From the NCBI GenBank assembly GCA_964644695.1, contig CAZXWN010000001.1:62001-118868 (forward strand): a stretch of DNA of 56,868 nucleotides. Direction: 5' to 3'. This DNA is from an uncultured bacterium. Its GTDB lineage: Bacteria; UBP4; UBA4092. A program made the translations under genes and the position numbers. Within the stretch, counting starts at the first letter, position 1. The number at the start of each line of letters is the position of its first letter. Below are positions 56,219-56,868 of this stretch, in pieces. Below the pieces are notes generated by a model that saw nothing but the letters and a program-made list of their open reading frames with translations, was not told where the DNA came from and did no database searches.

Positions 56219-56868
56219 ATGCGAATTGACTGTCATACACATGCTTTTGCGGATAAAATCGCCGACAAAGCTGTTAGTTTTATGAGTGAATATTACCAGA
56301 TTTCTGTTCCACATCAAGGCCGAATTAATGAATTGATTAAATTGTCAGAAGAAGCTCATTTGGATGCAGCTATATTATTAGTTGCAGCAACAAATGCAGA
56401 ACAAGTTAATCCAGCAAATAACTGGATGTTGAACCTGAAACAAACTCAAACTGACAGCCAAACGGTTCGGTTAATAAAGTTTGGCGCTTATCATGTTGAT
56501 GACCAGAATTGGCTTACTGAAATAAATAGATTGCGTGAATATAAAATCCCTGGGATAAAAATTCATCCGGAATTCCAGCAAATTGATTTAGCTGATGATC
56601 GTTTACTGCCATTTTTTGAAGAAGTACAAAAAGATTTTATTTTAATGATTCATGTGGGTGATCCTGAACCTTCCCCGAATAATTACAGTACTCCAGCAAA
56701 AATTCGGCGCATAATGACATTATTCCCACACTTGAGAATAATTGCCGCCCATATGGGTGGATATAAGTATTGGGAAGAAAGTCTGGATATATTGGCCGGT
56801 CACAATTTATATTTGGATACATCAAGTGCTTTAGCTTTCATGCCAGATTCCTTAATCAAAAAGATAGT
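56219..56868 (+). CDS. Amidohydrolase_2-family metallohydrolase, 3'-truncated and absent from the ORF track
   Basis: Read from the sequence: MRIDCHTH...GIKIHP...IHVG...AAHMGG...LDTSS, open to the window end. In-frame ATG 56210 is also possible. Confidence 0.88.
   Translation, partial: MRIDCHTHAFADKIADKAVSFMSEYYQISVPHQGRINELIKLSEEAHLDAAILLVAATNAEQVNPANNWMLNLKQTQTDSQTVRLIKFGAYHVDDQNWLTEINRLREYKIPGIKIHPEFQQIDLADDRLLPFFEEVQKDFILMIHVGDPEPSPNNYSTPAKIRRIMTLFPHLRIIAAHMGGYKYWEESLDILAGHNLYLDTSSALAFMPDSLIKKI

Noticed and set aside
417-56825. Numerous 60-140 aa antisense or nested ORFs in the track
   Set aside because: They overlap well-supported genes and show no motifs or translation signals. The 56637-56825 ORF is antisense to the amidohydrolase.

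Overview
AT-rich bacterial chromosomal window, probably from an anaerobic diderm (lnt, Tat, Vor-type 2-oxoacid:ferredoxin oxidoreductase, FabV). The lineage cannot be assigned from the sequence alone. Left to right it holds: a PAS/GAF histidine kinase and a degenerate GGDEF protein; the miaA-hfq-hflX-Nudix-pgsA-DUF512 cluster; an orphan queC; a LOG-family gene; a GH57 gene behind orphan PTS EIIA/EIIB genes; a probable highly expressed surface (S-layer-like) protein with tandem promoters and a structured leader; a ~16 kb envelope glyco-modification region (three GT-C-like membrane proteins, GT2, methyltransferases, radical SAM, DegT aminotransferase, SpoIID); fabV, lnt, rplM-rpsI; dprA; a secreted glycosidase; rph-rdgB-tatA-tatC; tmk; coaX-nadC-birA; a diguanylate cyclase; and a Vor / XRE-cupin / acyl-CoA synthetase / amidohydrolase cluster. 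Three tRNA genes are interspersed (Gln-CTG, Gly-TCC, Asn-GTT). I saw no CRISPR array, transposase, integrase or prophage. The best leads are a probable non-AUG (ATC) start for hflX, a four-way-junction RNA candidate upstream of the surface-protein gene, a dispersed ~26 bp REP-like palindrome in three intergenic copies, recurrent leaderless gene starts, and a candidate surface-protein glycosylation system. All calls are by-eye motif recognition; no searches were run.
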